A model generated the notes under the pieces. That model was not told where the DNA came from, did no database searches, and saw only the letters and a list, made by a program, of their open reading frames with translations. A program made the position numbers and the translations under genes. This document shows, in pieces, positions 1 through 12,249 of a DNA stretch of 64,000 bases (the stretch's first letter is position 1; every line of letters starts with the position of its first letter). This stretch comes from Octopus vulgaris. Its lineage: Eukaryota. The stretch spans positions 19,902,001 to 19,966,000 of the forward strand of contig OX597842.1 of assembly GCA_951406725.2 (NCBI GenBank), read 5' to 3'.

Positions 1-110
1 AGCCCGGGGCTATAGCAGAAGACACTTGCCCAAGATGCCACGCAGTGGGACTGAACCCGGAACCATGTGGTTGGTAAGCAAGCTACTTACCACACAGCCA
101 CTCCTGCGCC
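1..110 (-). mobile_element. tRNA-derived CORE-type SINE (family A), 5' head, cut by window edge
   Basis: Reverse complement reads GGCGCAGGAGTGGCTGTGTGGTAAG (A box)...GGGTTCAGTCCC (B box)...CTTGGGCAAGT (CORE-like motif); more than 20 related copies in the window. Confidence 0.85.
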
Positions 111-1137
111 TTCTTGTATAGTTTTTCTGAAAATCCAACAGTTACAGATCATGTCAGGTTCCCTGAAACTCCATGGTATTTCCTCGCATTTACAAACTTT
201 TATTTTTTTTCTTGGACTGTTGAATGACAACCCACGTTCTAGTTCAATGCACTCAAGCACCATAACTCATGTTGCATTCAAAAATCATGCGTCCCCAAAG
301 TCCATCCCCTTCTCACCGTGGTGGGGACACTGGCAACGGGTAGTGTCAGAGCTATGCTGTCGGGAACTTCGGTTCCTTGTAGGGCCACCCAAGGCAGTTT
401 GGTCTGACACCGAGTGGTATTAGGCCCACAACCCGGCAGACGGGGCTCTGGTGAAAATCCTCGGAGTGTCTGTTTCAGCAACTGGTGGCTCCTCGGTCTT
501 TGGGTTGTCTCTCTCTCTCTCTCCACATCTCCTAATGAGTTTGCAGTAAGCTTCAGATATTGATAGAGTCTTGAATTTACATTTTTAATGCTTAAAATAA
601 GGAATTAGTTTTCACATTTTGTTTGTTCTTTAATCTATGTCTACATGTAATTCTGTGAAAGGTACACAGTGTCTGTGTGATATGCAAGACACAACAGCTA
701 AATCTCCCTCATATCACCCATCTTTTCATGTGAAAATCACACATCCTTTCATTTCACCAAGAAAAAATAAAAAAAACAGTAGAAATTACATTTAAATATT
801 TTCAAAAATTCATGGTGACACCTATTTCAGGTGGTACCCTCTAAATTAAAACTACATACAAAAAAAGATAATATAACGATTTTTATTGAGGAAAATTTTT
901 GGAAAGAAATCTTTTTGGAATGGTGGGTTTATGGTCGAGTGTGCACATTGGAGACCTCTGGCACCCTAGGGCCCTCAGCTGTATCCCTGCTCACAGCTAT
1001 CGGGCAGAAATGGCTACCTGCATGTGCAAGCCCTGTGGGTCTCCATTGCCCTCCTCTAGGGCAACTCCTTTTCTATTTTGTCTGCTGGGACCATGAGGTG
1101 GTCTGAATTACAACAAATTTTACGTTCCATTCCTTAA

Positions 1138-1359
1138 CCCTTTCATTACCATATTTCTGTTGAGATGCTCTGTGTTTCTTTCAATTAATTTTAAATATAA
1201 CAAAGAATTTAGAAAAATAACTTAGTTATCATTAAGCTTGTGTTAGGAACATAAATTGTGACTAAGGTTTGGTGGAAGATTTGAATTCAAAACTTAAGAA
1301 AACAAGACATTTGTACTACAGAACTAGAGAAGGTTTCGGTCAGGTTGGTAACAAAAGGG
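1138..1359. mobile_element. piggyBac-type MITE (222 bp)
   Basis: TTAA|CCCTTTCATTACC ... GGTAACAAAAGGG|TTAA: 13-bp imperfect TIRs with CCC/GGG termini and TTAA on both sides; related tandem copies at ~59290-59731. Confidence 0.75.
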
Positions 1360-2390
1360 TTAATGTAAAATTTGAAGAGACAGATTTAAACTTTGCACTG
1401 TTTCCGCCTCCTCCCCCTTTTTTTTTTAGTTTTATCAATTACTATACAACACTAAAGCAACTGCATTTTTTGTCTCTTTCTTTCTTCTTGCTGAATGAAA
1501 ACAAATACCGAATTACAGGTATTTGTATAATTGTGGCCTTCCAGGTAGAATCCTGGTTTAAACAGTCCTTATAATTTCAGAAAATTTTTGCAACACACAC
1601 AAATTAATATAATTATTGAAAAGACAGCATGGTGTTTCACTTTCTGGATCATAAAATGAAATATCATCTTAATTATTAATTTAAGAGAATCAGTATCAGA
1701 AAATAGCATATCGATATATTACTGATGTTCACCTTAATTTTACGAAATAATCTTTAATATATATCTTGTGTTTTTATTACAATACAATCCAATATTTACA
1801 ACAGAATCTCTTCTATTTGGACAAACCTTATAGTTGTGGCTTGATGCAATGGGAAGTTTCAAAAACCAACTGGGAAATACAAACAACGAAAAGAACTTAG
1901 TTTCTGAAAGAAAAAAATAAAAGATATTATTTTTTAGAATTTTACTGAAAATGTACTGAATTTTTAAAAAATTCAAAAAGTAAAAAGGTTATGAGTGGTC
2001 ATATGGGGTACTTAAACGAGAATTCCACCAAAAATCAAATTTTCAAACCAGTTTTTTTTAATAGCATAAATGCTTTAATGTGGATAAAAATATTGAAAAA
2101 CATGAATACATGTTAGAATGAGGAAGAAACAAGAAAGGTGGTTGTGGGATGTGTTAGAAACAACAGGCAGATCTCCCTTAAATCACACACCTTTCTTTAC
2201 TCATAACTTTCTGACAAATGGATATTAATGGATATATCGGAATTTGATGTGAAAAAGTTTTCCGAGGGTGGAGTGAAAAGTTTTGGAAAATTCACATCAG
2301 TTGGCTTTATTTCCTCATAACTTTTGGAAAAATGGATATTTCTTTAGTGGAATTTTCTACAAATATCATTCGGATTGTGAAGGTGATGAT
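1150..2390 (+). repeat. Segmental duplicate of ~59520-60750
   Basis: Long colinear high-similarity match by eye (e.g. GAATCCTGGTTTAAACAGTCCTTATAATTTCAG in both); the continuation of the match lies at 6930-7400. Confidence 0.85.
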
Positions 2391-3253
2391 TGAAAAACCA
2401 TACATGTTAGAACCAACTGGGAAATACAAGCAAGAAAAGGAAATTAGTTTCTGTACATAAGCTGAAATATAAAATTTAAAAAACTATATTTTTGAATATT
2501 TCACTTGAAATGTACTGAATTTATTTTTAAATTCCAAAAAGTTAAAAAAGGTTATGAGGGGTCATATGGGGTTCTTAAACCAGAATTCTACCAAAAATCA
2601 AATTTTCAAACCAATTTGTTTTAATAGCATAAATGCTTTTATGGGGATAAAAATATTGAAATACAAGCAACAAAAGGAACTTAGTTTCTGTACATAAGCT
2701 GAAATATGAAATTTAAAAACTATATTTTTGAATATTTTACTGAAAATGTGCTGAATTTATTTTTAAATTCCAAAAAGTTAAAAAAGGTTATGAGGGGTCA
2801 TATGGGGTACTTAAACCAGAATTCTACCAAAAATCAAATTTTCAAACCAATTTTTTTAATGGTAGAAATTGATCAGGCATGCAATATTATGATGTGTCGA
2901 TCGTCAGTAGTTCTGACGATAAAAATTTGTTGTTATAATTGCATAATGCAGGATGTGAAAGAGGAAAAATGCATGAAGTTTTAAGGAGATATTTATTTCC
3001 CGTTAGAGAGAAAGGCATGTGTAGAGCATGAATGTGGCAGAGATAGCATGTGTGTGTGTATGAATCAAGTGTGTAGATGCATGCGCAAGGCTGTGAAGAA
3101 AGGTGCATGCGTGTGTCTATGCAACAATACAAACATTTTCAAAGTAAACAAAAAAAAATGTACATTCAAAATATGAATAATAATAATAAAGAACATTCAA
3201 AAAGATATGCACATGAATTTAGCTGTTTTAGTGAAACGAATCGTCGAATAATT

Positions 3254-4150
3254 TGTGCAACGTGGAATGTGCTTCGTGGAATGTGTGCATCGCGGAATAT
3301 GTGCAACACAGAATGTGCTTTGTGGAATGTGCTTCGTGGAATATGTGTAACGCGGAATATGTGCATCGTAGGATGTGCTTCATGGAAGATGTGCAACGTG
3401 GAATATATGTATTGCGGAATATGTACATCAGGGAATATGTGCATCGCGGAATATGTGCAACGTGGAATATATGTATTGTGGAATATGTGCATCAGGGAAT
3501 GTGCTTTGTGGAATATGTGCATCATGGAATATATGTATTGCGGAATATGTGCATCGGGGAATGTGCTTTGTGGAATATATGCATCGCAGAATGTGCTTTG
3601 TGGAATATATGTATTGTGGAATATGTGCATCGGGGAATGTGCTTTGTGGAATAGGTGCATTGTGGAATGCACTTCGTGGAATATATGTATTGTGGAATAT
3701 ATGCATCGCAGAATGTGCTTCGTGGAATATGTGCAACGTGGAATATATGTATTGTGGAATATATGTATTGTGGAATATGTGCATAATGGAATGTGCTTTG
3801 TGGAATATATGTATTGTGAAATATGTGCATCGGGGGAATGTGCTTTGTGGAATATGTGCATCGTGGAATATGTGCATCGCAGAATGTGCTTCGTGGAATA
3901 TGTGCATTCCGCAATGCACTTGTGGAATATATGCATCGCAGAATGTGCTTCGTGGAATATGTGCATCAGGGGAATGTGCTTTGTGGAATATGTGCATTGT
4001 GGAATATATGCATCGCAGAATGTGCTTCGTGGAATATGTGCATTGCGGAATGCGCTTCGTGGAATATATGTATTGCGGAATATGTGCATCGCAGAATGTG
4101 CTTCGTGGAATATGTGCATATCGGAATGTGTGCATCGTGGAATATGTGTA
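3254..4150. repeat. Complex minisatellite of 12-18 bp GGAAT(AT)GTG variants
   Basis: Repeated GTGGAATATGTGCATC / GTGGAATATATGTATT / GGAATGTGCTTT units; explains the many Cys/His-rich ORFs in several frames. Confidence 0.9.
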
Positions 4151-4720
4151 ACTCGTAAACAAATGAAAGTGTGCAGTGCAAACAGAACAATAATAAAATA
4201 AGCAAAAATAACAAACTTAGCTGAAAATAGTGTCCTTTGTCTACAGCTGAAAGTGAATAGATGTGCATGCAAATGAAAAGAGTTGCTGAAAGTCTATGTG
4301 AGAGACTTACGTCCATGCAAAAGTTCACAAACCATGCAGGGTTTGTACATCAGGATGAGACGAAAAGCGTGTGTGTGCTGAAAAGGTTGCATGTGCGGGC
4401 TTCCATATTTTCTTCCAGTTAGTTTCTTGGCATGTAAGCGAATACCTTGTGCGTCGGCTGTGTTGCATTGCAGCGAAGTGCATCGTAGATTGCATTGCAG
4501 AATAGTGCTTCCTGTAGCAGATCGATGGACGGTGCATCATGGTGGTGTCGAAGGTTGTCATTCATTTTCCTTTGGGTTAGCGACTGTAGATGGTCCAGTT
4601 CTTTAATTCGAATCAGCATCTAGCATGAAAAGGTATTATTTCTCTTTACACGGGTTCACCAAATTGTTGGTAACATAGATTCAGAAGGCAGCCAATCTTT
4701 TTCCACGGGCTCGCCAGTTT

Positions 4721-5015
4721 CATCATCATCATCATCATCATCATCATCGTTTAACGTCTGTTTTCCATGCTAGCATGGGTTGGACGGTTCGACGGGGGAT
4801 CTGGGAAGCCAGAAGGCTGCACCAGGCTCCAGTCTTATCTGGCAATGTTTCTACAGCTGGATGCCCTTCCTAACGCCAACCACTCCGTGAGTGTAGTGGG
4901 TGCTTTTTACGTGCCACCTGCACAGGTGCCAGGCGAGGCTGGCAACGGCCACGGTCGGAATGGTGTATTTTACGTGCCACCGGCACGGAAGCCAGTCGAG
5001 GCGGCGCTGGCTTGC
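4721..5015 (-). mobile_element. Non-autonomous retroposon with (GAT)n tail (RTE-associated SINE-like); other copies at 9225-9690, 42590-42795, 47622-47880, 50148-50520
   Basis: Minus strand ends ...CCAACCCATGCTAGCATGGAAAACAGACGTTAAACGATGATGATG; shared GGCGTTAGGAAGGGCATCCAGC motif; internal ~55-bp subrepeats. Confidence 0.7.
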
Positions 5016-6174
5016 AGTTAATCTTTGTGAAGGCTACAATGCTCTTGTTCGGGGCCACAAGTTGTAACGGGTATATTTTTATTAGACTATTTGTAACGAT
5101 GAAGTTTTAGTTGAAGTTGAGGGTCAGTAATTGTAACGGTAGAAATTGATTAGTAAACAATATTACGATGTGTCGATTGTCAGCATTTGTGACGATGAAA
5201 ATTTGTTATAATTGCATACTGTAGGATGTGAAAGAGGAACAATGCATGAAGTTTTAAGGAAATATTTATTTATTGTTACATTACCAATAACTTGCATCGA
5301 CGGGCAGGTTTTGAAAAATCCAAAAGCATGCAAAGTAAAGTTTGTGTTTGTGTCCTCTTCAGTGTTTAGTAGTAAATACAGAGAGAGATAGAATGATGTT
5401 GTAAGAGGACAGAATTAGAGCTAGAGAGAGTTGTAGGGTGTGGGACGTTGTCTCACAGTTGCTGACAATAAACTTCATTTATCCCTCTGAACAAGGTTCT
5501 AGCTGGTCAGCCAGACTTTGTTCTCACTGTAGTGGCTAACTTGTTGAGTTATCACCGAAGTGACTGAACTTGTTGAGTCATCACAGGAGTTGACTTACTG
5601 ATTTTTGCTTGGGGTGTTCTTGCTTTTATAACTATCCAGAAGGATAGATATATCATAGATTTAGTTGGTGGTTTTGTTATCTCTATTCTAGCTTTTGGTG
5701 AAGTAGAAGAGGTTAGAAAGGGTCAAGTAGTGAAGACATTATTTCGGCCTAGCTAAAGGCATCTGGAAAATGTAAACCTGCTGTCAGAGAAAAAAAACCA
5801 TTGTTCCACCATGGGAAAAGTTTTGTTGCAGTGTTAATTTAAATTCGGCTATGGTGGATCGAATCCACTTCATGCTAGCAAGATCCACTACAAACATTTA
5901 CAGCAAAATCTCTTTTATTTCAACATACCTTGTACTTATGGCTTGATGCAATGGAAATTTTCAAGAATCAACTGGAAAATACAAGCAACAAAAGGAACTT
6001 AGTTTCTCTACATAAGCTGAAATATAAAATTAAAAAACTTTAGTTTTGAATATTTTACTGAAAATGTACTGAATTTTTTTTTAATTCTAAAAAGTTAAAA
6101 AAGGTTATGAGGGGTTATATGGGGTTCTTAAACCAGAATTCCACCAAAAATCAAATTTTCAAACCAATTTTTTT

Positions 6175-6925
6175 GGATCTTTTCCTTTTGAATGGCAGAT
6201 CTCAACACAATTTCTAGTTAACTAAACACTTTTAAACTTCGTATACTGGTAGAATGTGTCAAAATAAAACATTTTTTTCTCTTGGCTTTCTTGAGAAAAT
6301 TGTAATTTGTTGGTTTAACGTAGTTTAATTTTTCGAATTTTAACCAATCCTATGCTCTCTAGATTCGAAAATCATTTGCTGCGTCTAAAACTGAGACAAC
6401 ATCATACACACGGAAAGCGTGTGTATAAAATTATAAAATTATTTTGTTTGTTAATTGTTTAAATCACTTTCCATTGCTTTCGGGGTTTTTTACACGCGTA
6501 ACAATTAAGAAAAAAAAAATTAGGGTTAGGGTTAGTTACAGGATGTTGTCTCAGTTTTAGACGCAGCAAAAGATTTTAGTTGAATGGAGGTAATCGATTG
6601 GTTAAAATTGCCGAAATGCTCGGATTTTCAGACGAAATATCTTACAAACTATAGAATTTTCTCAATAAAGCCAAGAAAAAATGATGTTTTATAAACACAT
6701 TCTACCAGTATACGAAGTTTAAAAGTGTTTAGTTACGTGGAAATTATTTTAAAAAACTGCCGTTCAAACCGAAAAGATCCCAAATATCTTACAAACTATA
6801 GAATTTTCTCAATAAAGCCAAGAGAAAAGATGTTTTATAAACACATTCTACCAGTATACGAAGTTTAAAAGTGTTTAGTTAACTAGAAATTGTGTTGACA
6901 TCCACAGTTCATAAGGAAAAGATCC
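6175..6925. mobile_element. Fold-back DNA transposon/MITE with GGATCTTTTC termini and 8-bp TSD
   Basis: GGATCTTTTCC...GGAAAAGATCC with long subterminal inverted repeats; ATTTTTTT at 6167-6174 and 6926-6933; empty-site equivalent visible in the duplicated copy at ~2045-2065; internal TAGGGTTAGGGTTAG. Confidence 0.8.
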
Positions 6926-7402
6926 ATTTTTTTTAATAGCATAAATGCTTTTATGGGGACAAAAATATTGAAAAACATGAATACATGTTAGAGTGAGGAA
7001 GAAACAAGAAAGGTGGTTGTGGGATGTGTTAGAAACAACAGGCAGATCTCCCTTAAATCACACACCTTCCTTTACTCATAACTTTCTGACAAATGGATAT
7101 TAAAGGATATATTGGAATTTGTTGTGAAAAAGTTTTCCGAGGGTGGGGTGAAAAGTTTTGGAAAATTCACATCAGTTGGTTTTATTTCCTCGTAACTTTT
7201 GGAAAAATGGATATTTCTTTAGTGGAATTTTCTACAAATATCATTCGGATTGTGAAGGTGACGATTATCTCAGAATTTAATATGTAAACAAAATTTGTGG
7301 GCTCACACACATACATAATTACATACACATCGTGAATTGAAACTTGAAATTTTGATAGAAAAATGTTATCTGTCAGTATGTGTGTGTGTGTGCAAACCCA
7401 TC

Positions 7403-7790
7403 TCTTTTTACTCTTTTACTTGTTTCAGTCATTTGACTGCGGCCATGCTGGAGCACCGCCTTTAATCAAGCAAATCGACCCCAGGACTTATTCTTTGTAA
7501 GCCCAGTACTTATTCTATCGGTCTCTTTTGCAGAACTGCTAAGTGATGGGAACGTAAACACACCAGCATCGGTTGTCAAGCAATGCTAGGGGGACAAACA
7601 CAGACACACAAACACACACATATATACGACAGGCTTCTTTCAGTTTCCGTCTACCAAATCCACTCACAAGGCATTGGTCGGCCCGAGGCTATAGCAGAAG
7701 ACACTTACCCAAGATGCCATGCAGTGGGACTGAACCCGGAACCATGTGGTTGGTTAGCAAGCTACTTACCACACAGCCACTCCTGCGCTC
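7403..7790 (-). mobile_element. Full-length family A SINE
   Basis: tRNA head at 7790-7700, CORE-like motif, central (CA)/(TA) tract, 3' part ending CAAATGACTGAAACAAGTAAAAGAGTAAAAAGAG. Confidence 0.85.
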
Positions 7791-8278
7791 ATCAATTATT
7801 TTTTAATTTTTTTAGAATAGATTTCAATATAATTGTAATCTACAACATCTGAAGCATATTTGTTGCAAATTTCGTTTAAAAGAATATTCATTTTTCTGGA
7901 CGATATGAGGAAAGAAAGGTGTATGGACGTGGGGGAGGGGGCACTTAAATATAATGAAATTATTGTATACAGTGCTCAGGTGCACCACAACTTGTGTAGA
8001 TATGCCTTTACTTCTTTCAGCAATTTGACTGTGGCCATGCTGGAGCGTCATCTCAAAGCGATTTAGTCAAACAAATTGACCCCAGGACTTATTTTTAAGC
8101 CTAGAACTAATTGTATTGATATCTTTTTGCCGAAACACTAAATTAGAGGGACCTTATCACATCAACACCTGCTGACAAGTGGGGACAGGATGATTAAAAA
8201 GAGACCAAAGATAAACACACACACACATAGAAACTGAAAAGAGCCTATCGTGTAAATATATATATATATATATATATA

Positions 8279-8566
8279 CTAGCAGTATCGCCTGGCGTTG
8301 CTCGGGTTTGTAAGGGAAATAACTATATAAGCATTTTTAGAGAGTTATAGCCAAAAAAATAGCCAAAAAATGCATTAAAATGGAAAAAAATGATGGTAAA
8401 TTTTTTTTTAAATCATAGACGCGCGCTAATACCCAGAAGGGCTTGATATGAATCATGACTATAAGATACCCGGTTTTGGTTAAACTGCACCGCAAAATGT
8501 GGGAGTAGTTAGGAATCTAAATCATAGGAGACAGACAGCACACAACCTCTCTTTTATATATAAAGA
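8279..8566 (-). mobile_element. Non-autonomous Helitron
   Basis: Minus strand A|TCTTTATATATAAAAG ... CCCGAGCAACGCCAGGCGATACTGCTAG|T: 5' TC, subterminal GC-rich hairpin, 3' CTAG, between A and T with no TSD. Confidence 0.7.
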
Positions 8567-8756
8567 TATAGTACAAAGTGAGATAGGGGTTATGAGTGTA
8601 ACCCACTATGGGATATCATTTATCCAATATACTGCCAGTAAAGTACCCAGAAAGGCTAATACATAAATGCTAAGAATTGCAATGCAATTCATTTATTGTA
8701 TTATATGGGCGAAGGTAAAATGTTTTACCTCAAACTCATAATACAAAATAAGAAAA

Positions 8757-9222
8757 TGGAGGAATAGATTTCTTTCAATCATCAACTTTCAGATAATACC
8801 AATTCATATAATTTATTAACTAATTTATTAAATAGGACCATCCAAATCCAACAGAATAAGACAGAATAAAACAATATACATCTATAAGTAAGATAATACC
8901 ATAAAAATAATACACATAAAATGGATCTTAAAGCTGTTTCAGCCTAGGCCTTGAGATATATATATATAAGTAACTCATTTTTAACTGCATATTACCTCAA
9001 TACATCTGACTAATATGGGCATAATGAGATACCCTTATCTATAGGCTGAAACAGCTGTAAGATCCATTTTATATGTATTATTTTTATGGTATTATCTTAT
9101 TGATGTATATTGTTTCATTCTGTTTTACTCTGTTGGATTTGGATGTTCCTATTTAATTAGTTAATAAATTATATGAATTGGTATTATCTGTAAGATGATG
9201 ATTCTAAGGAATCTATTCCTCC
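8757..9222. mobile_element. Penelope-like inverted-repeat remnant with degenerate hammerhead
   Basis: ~185-bp inverted arms (8757-8946 / 9042-9222); GAAAC-AGCT-GTA palindromic stem III at ~9048-9059. Confidence 0.5.
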
Positions 9223-10142
9223 TCCTCATCATCATTTAGTGTCCGCTTTCCATGCTGGCATGGGTTGGACGGTGCAACTGGGGTCTGGGAAGCCAGAAGG
9301 CTGCACCAGGCCCAGTCTGATCTGGCAATGTTTCTACAGCTGGATGCCCTTCCTAACACCAACCACTCCATGAGTGTAGTGGGTGCTTTTTACGTGCCAC
9401 CGACACGGAGGCCAGGTGAGACTGGCAACGGCCACGATCAGATGGTGCTTTTTACGTGCCACCAGCATGGAGGCCAGGCGAGGCTGGCAACGATCGGATG
9501 GTGCTTTTTACGTGCCACCAGCATGGAGGCCAGGCGAGGCTGGCAAACGGCCACGATCGGATGGTGCTTTTTACGTGCCACCAGCACGGAGGCCAGTCGG
9601 GACGGCGCTGGCAACAGCCACATTCGGATGGTTCTCTTATGTGCCACCGGCACTGGTATCACATCTACAATTTCCATTCATGTTGATCGATTTTGATTTT
9701 TGATTTTGATTTTTCTTATTTTGTATATATCTATATATATATGTATATACACACATATACTCGTGACAGGCTTCTTTCATTTTCTTTCTACCAAATCCAC
9801 TCACAAGGCTTTGAGTGCCCCATGGTTTTAGTAGCAAACACCTGATCTAAGAGCCACGCAGTGTGACCGAACCAATGTGGCTGGAATGCAAACTTCTTAC
9901 CACACAGCCATCCTAAATCGCTTAAAGAAATAAGCTGCAAAATAAACCTAATTAACAATCTTATTCTTAATTATTTCAAGCTGTTAAAATTAATGATGAT
10001 GACTGATTGAAATAACGATAATGAAATACCATAAATATCTTTTATAAAACGTTTACATTACTTAATTGAAATAAGCTAATTAACAGTCTTATTCTTAATT
10101 ATTTCAAGCGATCCATTCTAAATTAAAACTACATACACGAAT

Positions 10143-10464
10143 AGGCACAGGGGTGGCTGTGTGGTAAGTAGCTTGTTTACCAACCACATGGTTCCAGGTT
10201 CATTCCCACTGTGTGGCATCTTGGGCAAGTGTCTTCTACTATAGCCTCGGGCCAACCAAAGCTTTGTGAGTGGATTTGGTAGACGGAAACTGAAAGAAGC
10301 CTGTCGTATATATGTAGGTGTAGGAGTGGCTGTGTGGTAAGTAGCTTGTTTACCAACCACATGGTTCCGGGTTCAGTCCCACTGTGTGACACCTTGGGCA
10401 AGTGGCCCCATGTTGACCAAAGCCTTGTGAGTGGATTTGGTAGACGGAAACTGAAAGAAGCCCG

Positions 10465-10504
<40 letters not shown>

Positions 10505-10712
10505 TTGTGTGTCTGTGTTTGTCCCCCCAACATAGCTTGACAACCAATGCTGGTGTGTTTATGTTCCTGTAACTTAGTGGTTCAGCAAAAGAGACCGATA
10601 GAATAAGTACTGGGCTTACAAAGAATAAGTCCTGGGGTCGATTTGCTCAACTGAAGGCGGTGCTCCAGCATGGCCTCAGTCAAATGACTGAAAGAAGTAA
10701 AAGAGTAAAAGA
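10143..10712 (+). mobile_element. Family A SINE with duplicated 5' half
   Basis: Two tRNA heads (10143, 10317) followed by one 3' half. Confidence 0.85.
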
Positions 10713-11046
10713 GAATAGATAACATAATAATATTTGGCCACAAGAATTTTTAGAAGGAAATCTTAGTGGAAAGTTAGCCTTAAGGTTGAGCGTACACAAT
10801 GTGTGTATGTGTGTGTGTGTGCATGCATACATACATAAAAGCATGCGTATGTGAATTCTACACTCTATATTAAGTAGGTACAGTTCAAATGTCAAGTGGT
10901 ATTATTTAGTTCTGGGAAATTTATGATGCTGAAGTGTTTAGACTTCTGACCTTCTTTTATGTCGAACAAAGTAAATAATCTTTTGGCGACTAGCTAGCAC
11001 GGATGCGCGTGTGCGCCCGCACCGGGTCCAGTCTCCACGACTAGTG

Positions 11047-11181
11047 CCTGCCTTTCATCCTTTCGGGGTCGATAAATTAAGTACCAGTCACGCACTGGGG
11101 TCGATGTAATCGACTTAATACCTATGTCTGTTCTTGTTTGTCCCCTCTATGTTTAGCCCCTTGTGGGTAATAAAGAAATAG
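11047..11181 (+). mobile_element. 5'-truncated SINE (family C) with Meta-like central domain and Tx1-like tail; further copy at 37605-37750
   Basis: GCCTTTCATCCTTTCGGGGTCGATAAATTAAGTACCAG resembles the Meta SINE domain; ends TTTAGCCCCTTGTGGGTAATAAAGAAAT. Confidence 0.65.
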
Positions 11182-11356
11182 ATATCATCTTAATTATAGA
11201 CTAAATAGGTATCATCTTAATTATAGACTCAGCCGACAGCTGTACTCGTCCCAGATGCGATAACACGTATTCTGCGTAACTTATGAAGTCTGACAGCTGC
11301 CGACAATGTACAAAAGCGTGCTGGACGGTTTCATCGTCCAAGTAAGTAGTCGATCC

Positions 11357-11881
11357 ATTTCAGAGCGCAAAAGGAGAAAGAGGAAAAAAAGAAAAGACAC
11401 GGAGTATGATGTGGCACCCCAGTCCAACCCCCATCGCACCCAAGACTACTCAGACCCACCCTCCCCATACAGACACCAAACCCACCCGCCCCATTTCCCC
11501 TCAAGAAAAAAAGAAAAAGAAAGAACAGACACCACAAAATTTAGAAGACCCCGCTCCCGGTGAAAAAGGTTATGTATGCATGACGGAGAGAATGTTATCA
11601 TTAGGTGACAGTGAAAAGGGAAAAAAGGATTGGACGAGAAGAGAAAAAGGACTCAGGACCCAGAGACAGCGAGTTGTGTTACTCAGTGTGGGGTGAGTAG
11701 CACACTCTTCATAATATCATTTTCAGATATCATTCATATTATCATATTTTAATTTGTTCTTCATGTGCATTTTCATCCATTATATCATATTTTATTTTTT
11801 AATTGTTATATGTCCCCACATGTGTTGTAGTGTCCCCTCTGTGTATTTATTGCCTTTATGGCAAATTTAATAAAATAAAGG
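11357..11881 (+). mobile_element. 5'-truncated non-LTR retroposon insertion with 13-bp TSD
   Basis: AAGTAGTCGATCC at 11344-11356 and 11882-11894; A-rich end AATAAAATAAAG; T-rich 3' UTR with TGTCCCCTCTGTGT. Confidence 0.7.
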
Positions 11882-12249
11882 AAGTAGTCGATCCTACATC
11901 GACCTGCGCGTATGCAAATGAGTTGATTTTACAAAATAAAATAAAAGAACTTTTTAAAGTAAGTAAATAAATTATTTCTTAGAACAATGAATATAATTTT
12001 TTTACACAAATCAAATAAAATGTGTGTGATATATTCTTTTAATTTTCATATTCTTCAGTTTTTAATCATGTGTGGTGTGTGTATACGCACCCATACAAAT
12101 AGATATTTTATATGTGTTTATGTGTGATATATTCTTTTACTAGTTTTTAGTTTTTGGACAGCATCCATAGTAGATACATCATTCAGGTATATATATATAT
12201 ATATATATATAAATAATGAGGGAGATAAATTAATATATATATATATATA

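Noticed and set aside
120-1106. ORFs at 67-423, 278-526 and 831-1106
   Set aside because: No recognisable domain; possibly decayed LINE ORF1 sequence but too weak to call.
3077-4272. Long Cys/His-rich ORFs (374 aa, 368 aa and others)
   Set aside because: They arise from a minisatellite open in several frames on both strands; no domain or splice evidence.
4325-4720. Possible Helitron Rep motif (GSPH-like) remnant
   Set aside because: Only a four-residue resemblance across frameshifts.
5432-5892. Possible solo LTR (TGTAG...CTACA)
   Set aside because: Ends look right but there is no TSD and no second copy in the window; unsupported.
6521-6535. TTAGGG motifs as interstitial telomere
   Set aside because: Only 2-3 units, always internal to MITE families (also ~18725, 18850, 20910, 36280, 38296).
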